Source of the DNA: Streptobacillus moniliformis DSM 12112
Lineage (GTDB): Bacteria > Fusobacteriota > Fusobacteriia > Fusobacteriales > Leptotrichiaceae
Length of the DNA: 64,000 nucleotides
Direction of reading: 5' to 3'
Assembly (NCBI RefSeq): GCF_000024565.1
Contig: NC_013515.1
Coordinates: 786,497-850,496 of the forward strand
Within the stretch, counting starts at the first letter, position 1; each line of letters begins with the position of its first letter. Made by a program: the position numbers and the translations under genes. Below, piece after piece: positions 48,952 to 58,356 of this stretch. The notes under the pieces are model-generated. The model was not told the DNA's origin and ran no database searches. It worked only from the letters and a program-made list of their open reading frames with translations.

Positions 48952-48972
48952 GGGTCTGTTCCGAAATAGAAC
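48952..48972. repeat. Left copy of a 20-bp inverted repeat (GGGTCTGTTCCGAAATAGAAC)
   Basis: The reverse complement of 49533-49556 reads GGGCTGTTCCGAAATAGAAAGCCC, a 19/20 match with a 1-nt indel. The pair brackets ~600 bp of non-coding or degenerate sequence. Confidence 0.6.
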
Positions 48973-49500
48973 AAAAATATAGGGGAATTTCTACAAAAGT
49001 GGAAAATTTCCTATTTTTAAATAAAAAATGAAGCTCCTATTTCAAACTTCAATAATTACATATTTTTATACAAAACAAAATTGAGAGATTTTATTCTCCC
49101 TAGATAACAGACCTTTAATATTACATCTTTTCTTTAAGTTTATATAACCTTTCTTTTTTAAAAGATTAACAAATTGGTAATGTAGGTCTATTATATCTTC
49201 TCTATATTTAATGATGAAGTTTTGTAATCTAGTTAGTTTAGGTGCTTCTTCTCCATTAAGTATATATATGAAGTTAATATTATCATTACAGTTTCTAATT
49301 ATTTTTCTAAGTTCTAATTCAGAATAGAAAGAAGAATTATTTTAAACATAACATCTAATGAATTTTTAGCTTTTCTACCTTAGCTAGTTCATTAAGAATA
49401 CTCACTCAAAAGAAATATTTTTGTAATTACTTGTTTCAAAAAGTTGCAATTGATGTTTATTTGTGATGAACTTATATTGTATTTTTAGCATAAGAAAAAA

Positions 49501-49530
49501 CCTGCTTTTTCAAGCAGGCTTTTCTTTTGC
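49501..49530. terminator. Hairpin terminator inside the IS-remnant region
   Basis: CCTGCTT-tttc-AAGCAGG flanked by A6 and a T-rich run. Confidence 0.55.
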
Positions 49531-49532
49531 TA

Positions 49533-49556
49533 GGGCTTTCTATTTCGGAACAGCCC
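49533..49556. repeat. Right copy of the inverted repeat (GGGCTTTCTATTTCGGAACAGCCC)
   Basis: See left copy. Also self-folds (GGGCT...AGCCC). Confidence 0.6.
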
Positions 49557-49782
49557 TTTTTTCGAATCGTTTGATTTAATTTTTATTTAATACTTTCAAA
49601 AATTCTATACTCTTTCATTTTGTCTTTTTATCATTTAAATATTTTCTTATGAATATGACATACAATGCCGATCCAATTTACGAAAATACCGTTAAAAGTT
49701 TTTTATCATAACCAAAGAAAAAATAAAAAACTATAATGAGATAAGCGATAAACACGAACGTTCCAATTGTAATTATTTTTTT

Positions 49783-50068
49783 CATTATTACCTCCTAAAT
49801 ATAACCGATTCTTTATTAGTATTAATTCTTCTTCTGTATGGGCATTTGGGCTTGTATGGGGCTTTCTTGAACCTAGGGCTAGGCTTTTTATGTTTCCATT
49901 ATATTTTTTTAATTGTCTGTATACAAATTGTCTATTTGTATGATAACGCCTTGCTGCTTTAGTTACTCCATTTTTTATTGCATATTCACATAATCTATGG
50001 CGAAATTTCATTTCTTCTGTTATAATACTCATGAGAGATACACCTTTGATTGTTTTAGTTTTTGTCAA
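49783..50068 (-). mobile_element. Transposase N-terminal fragment (IS481-family-like HTH region). Truncated; DDE catalytic domain absent.
   Basis: MSIITEEMKFRHRLCEYAIKNGVTKAARRYHTNRQFVYRQLKKYNGNIKSLALGSRKPHTSPNAHTEEELILIKNRL matches the HTH/leader region of IS481-type transposases. The reading frame then degenerates into ~30 junk codons before a stop. Good RBS for the internal Met (AAAGGTG). Confidence 0.65.
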
Positions 50069-50143
50069 ACTCTATTATATCAAATGTATCTCTCTTTTTT
50101 TATTTTTTTGTAAAACTTGGGTTATATCATATTTTCATCATTA

Positions 50144-53100
50144 TTATTCCATTTTAAGTGCTTCTATCATATTAATTTCTTTTAACTTTCTATGTATTAA
50201 TAAAAATGAAATAAAAGAAAAAATTAAAGTTAATGTTATTGAAAATATATATGGAGTATATCCTATATTTTCAACAAAAACTGTGTTAGTTTTCTCCATT
50301 GATATTAATACTATTTTATGTATCCATTTACCACTAAATAGCCCTAAAATAATTCCTACAATAGTTAAAATAAATATTTCTTTATAAATATATAACGAAA
50401 CTTCTTTTGAAAAAAATCCAATTACTTTTATAGTAGCTAATTCTCTTTGTCTTTCATTTACATTTATTTCTAATAAACTATAAGTAACTACAATAGATAA
50501 AAGTGCTGAAAGCAAAGTTATGAATATAACTATGAAATTAAGACTATCACTAATCTTATCGAAAATTTCTTTGTATTCACGATTTAATGATATAGATTGA
50601 ATTTCATCAAAATCTAATAGATAATCTAATGATTTTCCATTTTCTTTAACTATTAAAGTATTTACCTTATATTCTTTTTGTAAATTTTTTTCATAAAATT
50701 TTCTTGTAAGAAAAATGTAATTACCTTGATAATTATCTATAGTATTTGAAACTCTTAAATTATATTCATTTCCTATGAAATCACTAATTAAAATTTCATC
50801 ACCTATATTTTTATTCATAAGAGTTAATGCTCTTTTTGAAATAAGAATACCTTCATCATCAATTTTATTTGATAAATAAAAAAACTCATTTACATTAATA
50901 TCATCTAAAACATATATTTTAATATTATTTTCACGATTTTCAGTTGAAAATTTAGCATTTATACTTTCTAAAGAAATTAAATTAAAATCTTTATTAACTA
51001 AATTAATTATATTACTAATTTCATTTTTATTTAAATAATTTTTCAAATTAACTTCAGCATGAAAATTCCTTATTTTATTATACTGAAGTTCAGAAATTTC
51101 TGAAAATGAATTTTTAATTGCAAATCCAAGAAATATTAAAGAAGTACATCCTGTAATCCCTAAAATATTCATAATCATTTTACCTTTATATCTAAAAATA
51201 TTTCTTAAACTTATTTTATTTGAAAAAGATAAATTATTCCAAAATATCTTTATTTTTTCAAGAAAAATACTACTTCCTTGCTTAGGCATTTTAGGTTTAA
51301 GTAATTCTGAAATTTCAATATTAAAATCACTTCTTAAAGATAGATATACTGATAAAATAGAAGATGAAATTGATGCAACAACACTTATTAAGACTATTTT
51401 TATGTCAAATAGAATTACAAGATCATTATACATTGAAATAGAACCTGCTTTAAATGCTGTATAAATAAACTTAGGCATAGAATATATTCCAAAATAAATA
51501 CCTAAAGAAATTCCTAAAATAGTTGAAAGTAAAGCATAAATATAGTATTTTTTTGAAATTTCATTTTTAGAATAACCTAAAAACATATATGTTCCTATAG
51601 AATTTCTTTGTTCATCAACCATTCTTGTCATAGTAGTAGTTGAAACAAGTATTACTATTAAATAAAAAATTACAGGAAATAATTTTGAAATAATATTTAA
51701 ACTTTCTATACTTTCAATAAATGATGAATAATTTGGATTATCAATTCTTGTATTTATAAAATATATTGAGTTTAATAAGTCTAGTTTACGTCTATTTATT
51801 TCTAAATCATTTAACGAATTTTCTATAATTTCATTAGCTTTATTCTTTTCTTCTTCAAACTTTTTTGCAGCTTTCTCTATTTCTTTTTTTCTACTTTTAA
51901 TCTCTTCTTTAGCCTTAATTATTTTACTTAAGTTTTCTTCATATTCTTCATTAAATTTATTTTTTTCTTCTATTAATTTTTTATTACCTTCTTCAAGTTT
52001 ATCTAGTCCTAATTTAATTTGTTCTAATCCATCATTAATTTTTTTCTTATTTTCTTCTAGTTCATTTTTTTTGTTTTCAACAAAAGATAAATTGTTAATT
52101 AATTCTATTTTTTTATTTTCTAAATTTTTAAGTTCATCTTTTAATCTATTTTCACCTAACTCTATTTCTTTTATTGCTTTTTCTATCTTACTTTTACCAT
52201 CTTCTATCTTTTTTTTAGATACAAAAATGCTAGGTTTTAATGGATTTATATATTTTTCATTTTTTAAAATTTCTTCTTTTGAAACATCTATTTTTTTCTG
52301 ATTTTCATCTATATCATTAAATCCTTTTTCTATTTCATTTAAACCATTATTTATTTTATTTTTATTTATCTCTAATTCTTTTAAGCCTTCTTCAAGTTTT
52401 GATAAATTTTCTTTTAAATTATATTGTTTTTCTAATAATTTAACTTTCTGATTATTAATTTCTACTTCACTACTATAGAATTTATCATTTGCATTTTGAA
52501 ACTCATTAATTTTTGAAATAAGGTTTTTCTCAGCTGATAATATCTTATTTTTAGCATCAATAATCTTATTTTCATTTTTCATTATTTCATTTTTAGAATT
52601 TTCAATTTTATTTTTACCTTTATTAATTTCATCATACTTTTCAGATAAAAATTCATCTAACTTTATTTTAGAATTTTTATTTAGTTTATTTTTAATATCA
52701 ATTTTCTTTTCAAAAATATAGTCATTATACTCTTTTTCATATGTATTAAAATTTGTTTTAAGTTTAATATTTGCAAAAGTATATTCCTTATTTTCAAAAT
52801 ATTTGTTTAAAGTATATCCATTAACACTTGAAACATTATATCCTTTAAATGTCTGAATTTTTGAATTAAGTAATCTATTTTCGACATTCTCATAATATCC
52901 AACAATTTTAAATTTTTCATTTATTTTTTGATTTAAACTATATTTATCTTTAAGTTGATATTCTATTATTATTTCATTAACTGAATTTGGAAAATTTCCT
53001 TCAATTAATTTAAGTTTAGAAATTCTTTCAGGTAAACTCTTTAAATTCAATATTTCTTTAGTATTATTTATATATATTTCTTCATTGTATCCATATTCAA

Positions 53101-53350
53101 TATCTGATATATATTCTAAATTATTTAAAATCCTTAAATCACCTTGATTTAATGCAATATTTGAACTCACTGTAACATCAGCAACATTACTTATTTTATA
53201 TAAATCATCTATTGTTCTATACATATCTTTACTTAATACATTTAAACCTATAAATGTTGAAATACCAAGTAAATTAATAATAAATATTGCCAAAAATCTT
53301 GTTTTAGATTTAAAAAATTCACGAATAATATCCTTATTATTCGTTTTCAT
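50144..53350 (-). CDS. Large (1068 aa) FtsX-family ABC transporter permease with two FtsX 3-TM modules and a ~350-aa coiled-coil insert in the first extracytoplasmic domain; no cognate ATPase gene nearby
   Basis: N-terminal TM, extracytoplasmic domain with a K/E/N-rich heptad region (residues ~200-520; DNA ~51790-52750), FtsX module 1 (MVDEQRNSIGTYMFLGYSKNEI...), second extracytoplasmic domain, FtsX module 2 (VNERQRELATIKVIGFFSKEVSLYIYKE...). BceB/MacB-like topology. Confidence 0.8.
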   Translation of the reverse strand: MKTNNKDIIREFFKSKTRFLAIFIINLLGISTFIGLNVLSKDMYRTIDDLYKISNVADVTVSSNIALNQGDLRILNNLEYISDIEYGYNEEIYINNTKEILNLKSLPERISKLKLIEGNFPNSVNEIIIEYQLKDKYSLNQKINEKFKIVGYYENVENRLLNSKIQTFKGYNVSSVNGYTLNKYFENKEYTFANIKLKTNFNTYEKEYNDYIFEKKIDIKNKLNKNSKIKLDEFLSEKYDEINKGKNKIENSKNEIMKNENKIIDAKNKILSAEKNLISKINEFQNANDKFYSSEVEINNQKVKLLEKQYNLKENLSKLEEGLKELEINKNKINNGLNEIEKGFNDIDENQKKIDVSKEEILKNEKYINPLKPSIFVSKKKIEDGKSKIEKAIKEIELGENRLKDELKNLENKKIELINNLSFVENKKNELEENKKKINDGLEQIKLGLDKLEEGNKKLIEEKNKFNEEYEENLSKIIKAKEEIKSRKKEIEKAAKKFEEEKNKANEIIENSLNDLEINRRKLDLLNSIYFINTRIDNPNYSSFIESIESLNIISKLFPVIFYLIVILVSTTTMTRMVDEQRNSIGTYMFLGYSKNEISKKYYIYALLSTILGISLGIYFGIYSMPKFIYTAFKAGSISMYNDLVILFDIKIVLISVVASISSSILSVYLSLRSDFNIEISELLKPKMPKQGSSIFLEKIKIFWNNLSFSNKISLRNIFRYKGKMIMNILGITGCTSLIFLGFAIKNSFSEISELQYNKIRNFHAEVNLKNYLNKNEISNIINLVNKDFNLISLESINAKFSTENRENNIKIYVLDDINVNEFFYLSNKIDDEGILISKRALTLMNKNIGDEILISDFIGNEYNLRVSNTIDNYQGNYIFLTRKFYEKNLQKEYKVNTLIVKENGKSLDYLLDFDEIQSISLNREYKEIFDKISDSLNFIVIFITLLSALLSIVVTYSLLEINVNERQRELATIKVIGFFSKEVSLYIYKEIFILTIVGIILGLFSGKWIHKIVLISMEKTNTVFVENIGYTPYIFSITLTLIFSFISFLLIHRKLKEINMIEALKME

Positions 53351-53353
53351 ATT

Positions 53354-53875
53354 CTATTTTCCTAATTCATGATAATAATCATTTAATCTCTGAATAACAT
53401 TAAATAATCTTTTTCTAAAATGTTCTACTGTTATCTTTTCTACATCCTTTTTTGATATTTTAACTAACATCAAATATTGGTTACTGTTTTTTAATTCTAC
53501 AGTTTTACCAATTTCATATTTTTCTTTATTTATTATTTCTTTAGATATTTCTTCAGCCATCATTTTAATAGTAGCTTGATCAAAATTTCTACCTGTTAGT
53601 TTAGTTTCTTCAAATAATACTTTTAATTTAGTAACTGAATAATCATAAATTGAACCTTTTAATCCCAATAATGCATCAGTTTTAACATTATCTAAAGTTT
53701 TTAATCTATCTGAAACAACAGCTAAATCCTTATTATAGTCAAAAGATCCTTTCATTATTTCTTTTGTTGCTTTGCTTGTAAATACTCCACTCAAATATTC
53801 ATCTGATGAAAGTCTTGTATATGAAAAACTATTTAACGAAGTAAGTACAAATAGTAAGGTTATAATTTTTTTCAT
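53354..53875 (-). CDS. Hypothetical secreted protein (signal peptide, 173 aa), co-operonic with the giant permease
   Basis: MKKIITLLFVLTSLNSFSY signal. 3-nt gap to the permease gene and 13 nt from the tdk-fusion gene. Confidence 0.45.
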   Translation of the reverse strand: MKKIITLLFVLTSLNSFSYTRLSSDEYLSGVFTSKATKEIMKGSFDYNKDLAVVSDRLKTLDNVKTDALLGLKGSIYDYSVTKLKVLFEETKLTGRNFDQATIKMMAEEISKEIINKEKYEIGKTVELKNSNQYLMLVKISKKDVEKITVEHFRKRLFNVIQRLNDYYHELGK

Positions 53876-53888
53876 GATTTTTGCCTCC

Positions 53889-54965
53889 TTAAATTATTAT
53901 TGCTTTTGTTTTTATTATTTTTTCTATATTATCTATATTTATTGGATTTTCTGGATTTTCAGATGGAGTAAAGTATATATCTTCTAAATTCAAATCAGCT
54001 TTTCTAATTGTTTCATGTGATATTAATACTTCATTTATCATTCCACGTCTATTTCTTGAAATTAAAATTACAGATGATAATTTTCTATACTCTGACATTA
54101 AATCAATAATACTATAATCACCTTCTATAGGTATTAAAGGACTTTTAATTATTCTGATAAATAATATATCACACTCATGTGATGATTTTTCAATACTATT
54201 TCTTAAATCAATTACACTTTCTTCATTTTTAAATATACTAATTGTTTTAGTTTTGGCATTAGGATTTTTATTTGATATAAATTTTTCAACTTCTTCTTTA
54301 CCCGCATTAATATCTGTACCAAATAAGAAATATATTTTTGCTCTTTTATCATTTCTATCTCTAACAATATGATGTCTTCTACATCTTGCTTCATAATTTT
54401 CACTTGCTCCAACCATTACTATTGGATCATCTTTAAATGCTGGATTTCCATTTATAAGTCTTTGGCTTGCATATGCCTCTTTTCCACAAACCATACATAT
54501 AGCTTTTAATTTAGTAATAGAATCAGCATAAGTTAATAACTCAGGCATAGGATAAAATGGTTCTGCTTTAAAATCTAAATCAAGTCCAGCAACAACAACT
54601 CTTTTACCAATATTAACATACTTATTACAAAATTCTATAACTTCTTTTCCAAAAAACTGTACTTCATCTATTCCAATAACTTCAACATCTGGATGCTTGG
54701 AAATAATATTTTCCATTTCCAATACATTTGAAACAGGAAAGGCTTCTATACTTTCTTGGTTATGAGAAAAAATACCATTTTCTCCATATCTTTTATCTAT
54801 TGAATGTTTAAAAATTAAAACATTTTGTTTTGTAAACGATTCTCTTCTTAATCTTCTAATTAATTCTTCACTTTTACCAGAAAACATACTTCCACAAATT
54901 ACTTCAAGTTTTCCTACATTATCACTATTTTTTAAAAACATATATATCTTTTGATTATTAATCAA
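53889..54965 (-). CDS. tdk: Thymidine kinase with a ~150-aa C-terminal extension of unknown function
   Basis: Residues 1-205 are a canonical TK (P-loop CGSMFSGKSEEL, VIGIDEVQFF, Zn-ribbon C..C...C..H). Residues 206-358 (DNA 53889-54350) have no TK counterpart. The YFLFGTD...ISIFKNEE...ECDILFIR pattern weakly resembles the N-terminal domain of Pol III delta (HolA), which is speculative. Confidence 0.8.
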   Translation of the reverse strand: MINNQKIYMFLKNSDNVGKLEVICGSMFSGKSEELIRRLRRESFTKQNVLIFKHSIDKRYGENGIFSHNQESIEAFPVSNVLEMENIISKHPDVEVIGIDEVQFFGKEVIEFCNKYVNIGKRVVVAGLDLDFKAEPFYPMPELLTYADSITKLKAICMVCGKEAYASQRLINGNPAFKDDPIVMVGASENYEARCRRHHIVRDRNDKRAKIYFLFGTDINAGKEEVEKFISNKNPNAKTKTISIFKNEESVIDLRNSIEKSSHECDILFIRIIKSPLIPIEGDYSIIDLMSEYRKLSSVILISRNRRGMINEVLISHETIRKADLNLEDIYFTPSENPENPINIDNIEKIIKTKAIII

Positions 54966-55031
54966 ACTCCTTTCCTTATTTTTTATTATTATATCATAAA
55001 AATATAAATAAGTAATCCAAATTATTTTTAT

Positions 55032-55060
55032 TTGACATATTGATTATAATAATATATAAT
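55032..55060 (+). promoter_or_regulatory. Consensus sigma70 promoter for the NlpC/P60 gene
   Basis: -35 TTGACA (55032-55037), 17-nt spacer, -10 TATAAT (55055-55060), then AAGGAGG RBS. Confidence 0.6.
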
Positions 55061-55078
55061 TTTTACAAGGAGGTAAAT

Positions 55079-55600
55079 ATGAAAAAATTTTCTATATTTT
55101 TATCTTTACTTTCATTTTTTTTATTTGCTCAAAATGAAGTTGATGCTAGATTAAATACTATCTTAGATGAACTTATTACTATATCTGAGCAAAATATTGA
55201 AATATCACATGAAGATGAAATAGTTTTAAGAGATAAAATTATTGAATTTGCAAAAACTAATTTAAATAGACCATATTCTTGGGGTGCTATTGGACCAAAT
55301 AAATTTGATTGTTCTGGATTTGTAAATTATGTATTTTCAAAAAACAGTTCAATTAATTTGCCCCGTGTTTCAAAAGATATGGCTAAATATTCACCAAAAA
55401 TAAATATTGATGATCTTAAAATAGGGGATCTGCTATTTTTTAATACCTCAAATAAAGGAAAAAATATAAATCATGTAGGAATATATATAGGAAACAATGA
55501 GTTTATTCATGCATCTTCTGCACAAAAGAAGGTTACAATTTCAACAATTGCAGAAGGATTTTATAAGAAAAAGTTTAAATGGGCTATTTCGCCCTTCTAA
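55079..55600 (+). CDS. NlpC/P60 (C40) family cell-wall endopeptidase with signal peptide
   Basis: Catalytic Cys region FDCSGFVNYVF, His HVGIYIGNNEFIHAS. Start at MKKFSIF (AAGGAGG RBS). Confidence 0.9.
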   Translation: MKKFSIFLSLLSFFLFAQNEVDARLNTILDELITISEQNIEISHEDEIVLRDKIIEFAKTNLNRPYSWGAIGPNKFDCSGFVNYVFSKNSSINLPRVSKDMAKYSPKINIDDLKIGDLLFFNTSNKGKNINHVGIYIGNNEFIHASSAQKKVTISTIAEGFYKKKFKWAISPF

Positions 55601-55602
55601 AT

Positions 55603-55627
55603 TAACTGCTTAATTGCAGTTTTTTTA
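55603..55627 (+). terminator. Rho-independent terminator after the NlpC/P60 gene
   Basis: AACTGC-ttaatt-GCAGTT followed by T7. Confidence 0.75.
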
Positions 55628-55658
55628 AATTATAAATATTGGAAAGGTTTGGTAACAA

Positions 55659-57701
55659 ATGGAAAACATTATGAAAATTTTTGGCGAAAATGCTTTCACT
55701 GAGAGTAATTTGAAGAAACGTGTGCCTAAAAAAGTATTTGAAGAATTTAAAAGGGTTCAAAAAGGAGAAATTGAACTAACTAAAGAGAATGCAGAATTAA
55801 TTGCTAACGCTATTAAGGATTGGGCAACAAAAAGAAATGCTACTCATTTTTGTCATTGGTTTCAACCATTAACTGAATTAACTGCTGAAAAACACGATTC
55901 ATTTATAGAACCTAATGGTGATAAAGATTTCATTTACAGATTTTCAGGTTCAAATTTAATTAAAGGTGAATCAGATGCTTCATCATTTCCTAATGGTGGA
56001 TTAAGATCAACATTCGAGGCAAGAGGTTATACAGTTTGGGATACAAATTCACCACCTTTTATTAGAGAAAACGAAGTCGGAGCTACTCTATATATACCTA
56101 CATCTTTTATATCATATAACGGTGAAGCTTTAGATAAAAAATTACCTCTATTAAGATCAATGTATGCTATTAATAAATCAGCTACAAGATTATTGAACTT
56201 ACTTGGATATACTGAAGTAAAAAGTGTTATACCTACTCTAGGTGTAGAACAAGAATATTTTTTAATTAAAAAAGAGCATTTTGACAAAAGAAAAGATATA
56301 ATGTTTACAGGTCATACCTTATTTGGAGCTAAAACACCTAAAAATCAAGAAAGTTCTTTCCATTATTATGGTAAAATTAAAGATAAAGTCATTAATTTCA
56401 TGGCTAATCTTGACTATGAATTATGGAAAATAGGTGTTTCTGCTAAAACAAGACATAATGAGGTCGCACCCAATCAATTTGAAATAGCTTCAATATTTGA
56501 TGTTGCAAACCTTGCAGCAGATCAAAATCATATTGTAATGGAAACACTTGAAAAACTAGCCTTAAAACATGGTTTCGTTGCCCTATTACATGAAAAACCA
56601 TTTTCTTATGTAAATGGTTCAGGAAAACATAATAATTGGAGTATGGCTACAGATACTGGAATGAATCTTTTTGATCCAAAATCACCTACTTTCATAGTAT
56701 TTCTTTCTGCCGTTATTGAAGCTGTTGATAGATATTACCCTATATTAAGAAGTATGATTTCAAGTTGTTCTAACGATTATAGACTGGGTGGTCATGAAGC
56801 TCCTCCAAGTATTATTTCAATATTTTTAGGTTCTCATTTAACTGAAAAATTTAAAAACGCTAAATTAAAACTTATTAATAATAAAATTGTATCTTGTGAA
56901 AAAGATGAAAAAATTAAAAAGAAAATTAATATGATAAATATAAATCAGGATTTTGATGATAGAAACAGAACTTCTCCTTTTGCATTTACAGGTAATAAAT
57001 TTGAATTTAGAATGCCTGGATCTACTTCATCTCCTGCTAATACATCTATGGTTATTAATGCTATAGTGTCAACTGTATTAAATGAATATGCAGATAAATT
57101 AGAAAGTTCAGAGAATATTGAAATAACTATAAATGATATAATTAGTAATACATTTAATAATCATAATAGAATAATATTTAATGGTGATGGTTATAGTAAA
57201 AAATGGCATGAAGAAGCAGAAAAAAGAGGCTTAAAAAATATTTCTAATACATATGATGCCCTAAAATATTATTTAGATGATGAAATTATTTCTATGTTTG
57301 AAGGAAATAATATATTAAATAAAATTGAATGTCAATCAAGATATTTAGCATTTTTAAATATATATGTAAATAATAGACTTACTGAATGTAATACTTTAGT
57401 ATATATGATAGATAAATATATTTTAAATTTTGCATATAAATACATCCCTGTAATAATATTTGAAGAGGAACAAATTGAATTAAAAACATATACAAATTAC
57501 TTATTACATTATAAAAAGGAATTAGTTCAATTAATTAAACAAATTAATGAAATAGAGCTAGAAGACAAGGCAAAATTATTAAGTAGTGATGCTTTAATAT
57601 TAGAAAATAAGATAAGAAAAGTTATAGATTATTTAGAGGTAAATATTCCTTCAGAATATTGGAATTTACCAACATATACTGAATTATTATTTACATTATA
57701 A
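55659..57701 (+). CDS. glnN: Glutamine synthetase type III
   Basis: 680 aa. GSIII-specific N-terminal domain (ATHFCHWFQPLTELTAEKHDSF) plus the GS catalytic domain. Confidence 0.85.
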   Translation: MENIMKIFGENAFTESNLKKRVPKKVFEEFKRVQKGEIELTKENAELIANAIKDWATKRNATHFCHWFQPLTELTAEKHDSFIEPNGDKDFIYRFSGSNLIKGESDASSFPNGGLRSTFEARGYTVWDTNSPPFIRENEVGATLYIPTSFISYNGEALDKKLPLLRSMYAINKSATRLLNLLGYTEVKSVIPTLGVEQEYFLIKKEHFDKRKDIMFTGHTLFGAKTPKNQESSFHYYGKIKDKVINFMANLDYELWKIGVSAKTRHNEVAPNQFEIASIFDVANLAADQNHIVMETLEKLALKHGFVALLHEKPFSYVNGSGKHNNWSMATDTGMNLFDPKSPTFIVFLSAVIEAVDRYYPILRSMISSCSNDYRLGGHEAPPSIISIFLGSHLTEKFKNAKLKLINNKIVSCEKDEKIKKKINMININQDFDDRNRTSPFAFTGNKFEFRMPGSTSSPANTSMVINAIVSTVLNEYADKLESSENIEITINDIISNTFNNHNRIIFNGDGYSKKWHEEAEKRGLKNISNTYDALKYYLDDEIISMFEGNNILNKIECQSRYLAFLNIYVNNRLTECNTLVYMIDKYILNFAYKYIPVIIFEEEQIELKTYTNYLLHYKKELVQLIKQINEIELEDKAKLLSSDALILENKIRKVIDYLEVNIPSEYWNLPTYTELLFTL

Positions 57702-57726
57702 AAGTGGACGTAATGTCCACTTTTAT
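57702..57726. terminator. Bidirectional terminator between glnN (+) and the TRIC-channel gene (-)
   Basis: AGTGGAC-gtaat-GTCCACT followed by TTTT. Confidence 0.75.
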
Positions 57727-58355
57727 TTAGGTAAATTCAAATTCTTTTTAATCACTATTAATCTTATAATTAATAATGTAGAAAATATTATTATAGTTGT
57801 TTTTATTTCATTAAACTTTAGATCTATTATCATAATATTATATAAAAATCCACCAATTACACAAAGTATTGCATATATATCCTCTTTTAAAATAAAAGGA
57901 GTTTCATTTGCTAAAATATCTCTTAATATTCCTCCACCAACTGATGTTATTGTTGCCATAATTATAACACCCATAGTGTTTAAATTATTTTGTATAGCAA
58001 TATTAGCTCCCACAGAAACGAATAATGATAATCCTACAGCATCAGATATTAAAACTAATTTTCTTGCTTTTTTAACTACATTATCATTAAATTTAGGTTT
58101 AAATAGTAAATAAGGTGTATATATAAATAAGGTAACTATTATTGCAACATATATGTCTTGTGGATTTATTATTGCTGTCGGTATTTTATTTAATAAAATA
58201 TCTCTCATTACTCCTCCACCTACAGAGGTGATTATTGCAAGTAATGTTACACCAAATAAATCATGATCATGTTTTATACCTTTAAAAATTCCTGATAATG
58301 CAAATGAAATTATTCCTAATAAATTTGCTAAGTAAATAAAAGTTTTAAAATCCAT
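57723..58355 (-). CDS. Trimeric intracellular cation channel family protein (UPF0126/YadS-like, two repeats)
   Basis: Duplicated GGGxxRD motifs (SVGGGVMRDILLN; SVGGGILRDILAN). 7-TM profile. Confidence 0.88.
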   Translation of the reverse strand: MDFKTFIYLANLLGIISFALSGIFKGIKHDHDLFGVTLLAIITSVGGGVMRDILLNKIPTAIINPQDIYVAIIVTLFIYTPYLLFKPKFNDNVVKKARKLVLISDAVGLSLFVSVGANIAIQNNLNTMGVIIMATITSVGGGILRDILANETPFILKEDIYAILCVIGGFLYNIMIIDLKFNEIKTTIIIFSTLLIIRLIVIKKNLNLPK

Positions 58356-58356
58356 A

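Noticed and set aside
49443-49530. Possible short sRNA driven by a TTGCAA/TTGTGA-like promoter and ending at the CCTGCTT...AAGCAGG terminator inside the IS remnant.
   Set aside because: The -10 candidates are poor, and the hairpin is more simply a relic terminator of the destroyed element. This cannot be resolved without expression data.
51790-52750. Tandem-repeat or CRISPR-like periodicity in the permease gene.
   Set aside because: The periodicity is heptad-level codon repetition (K/E/N/L) of a coiled-coil coding region. There are no exact direct repeats with unique spacers.
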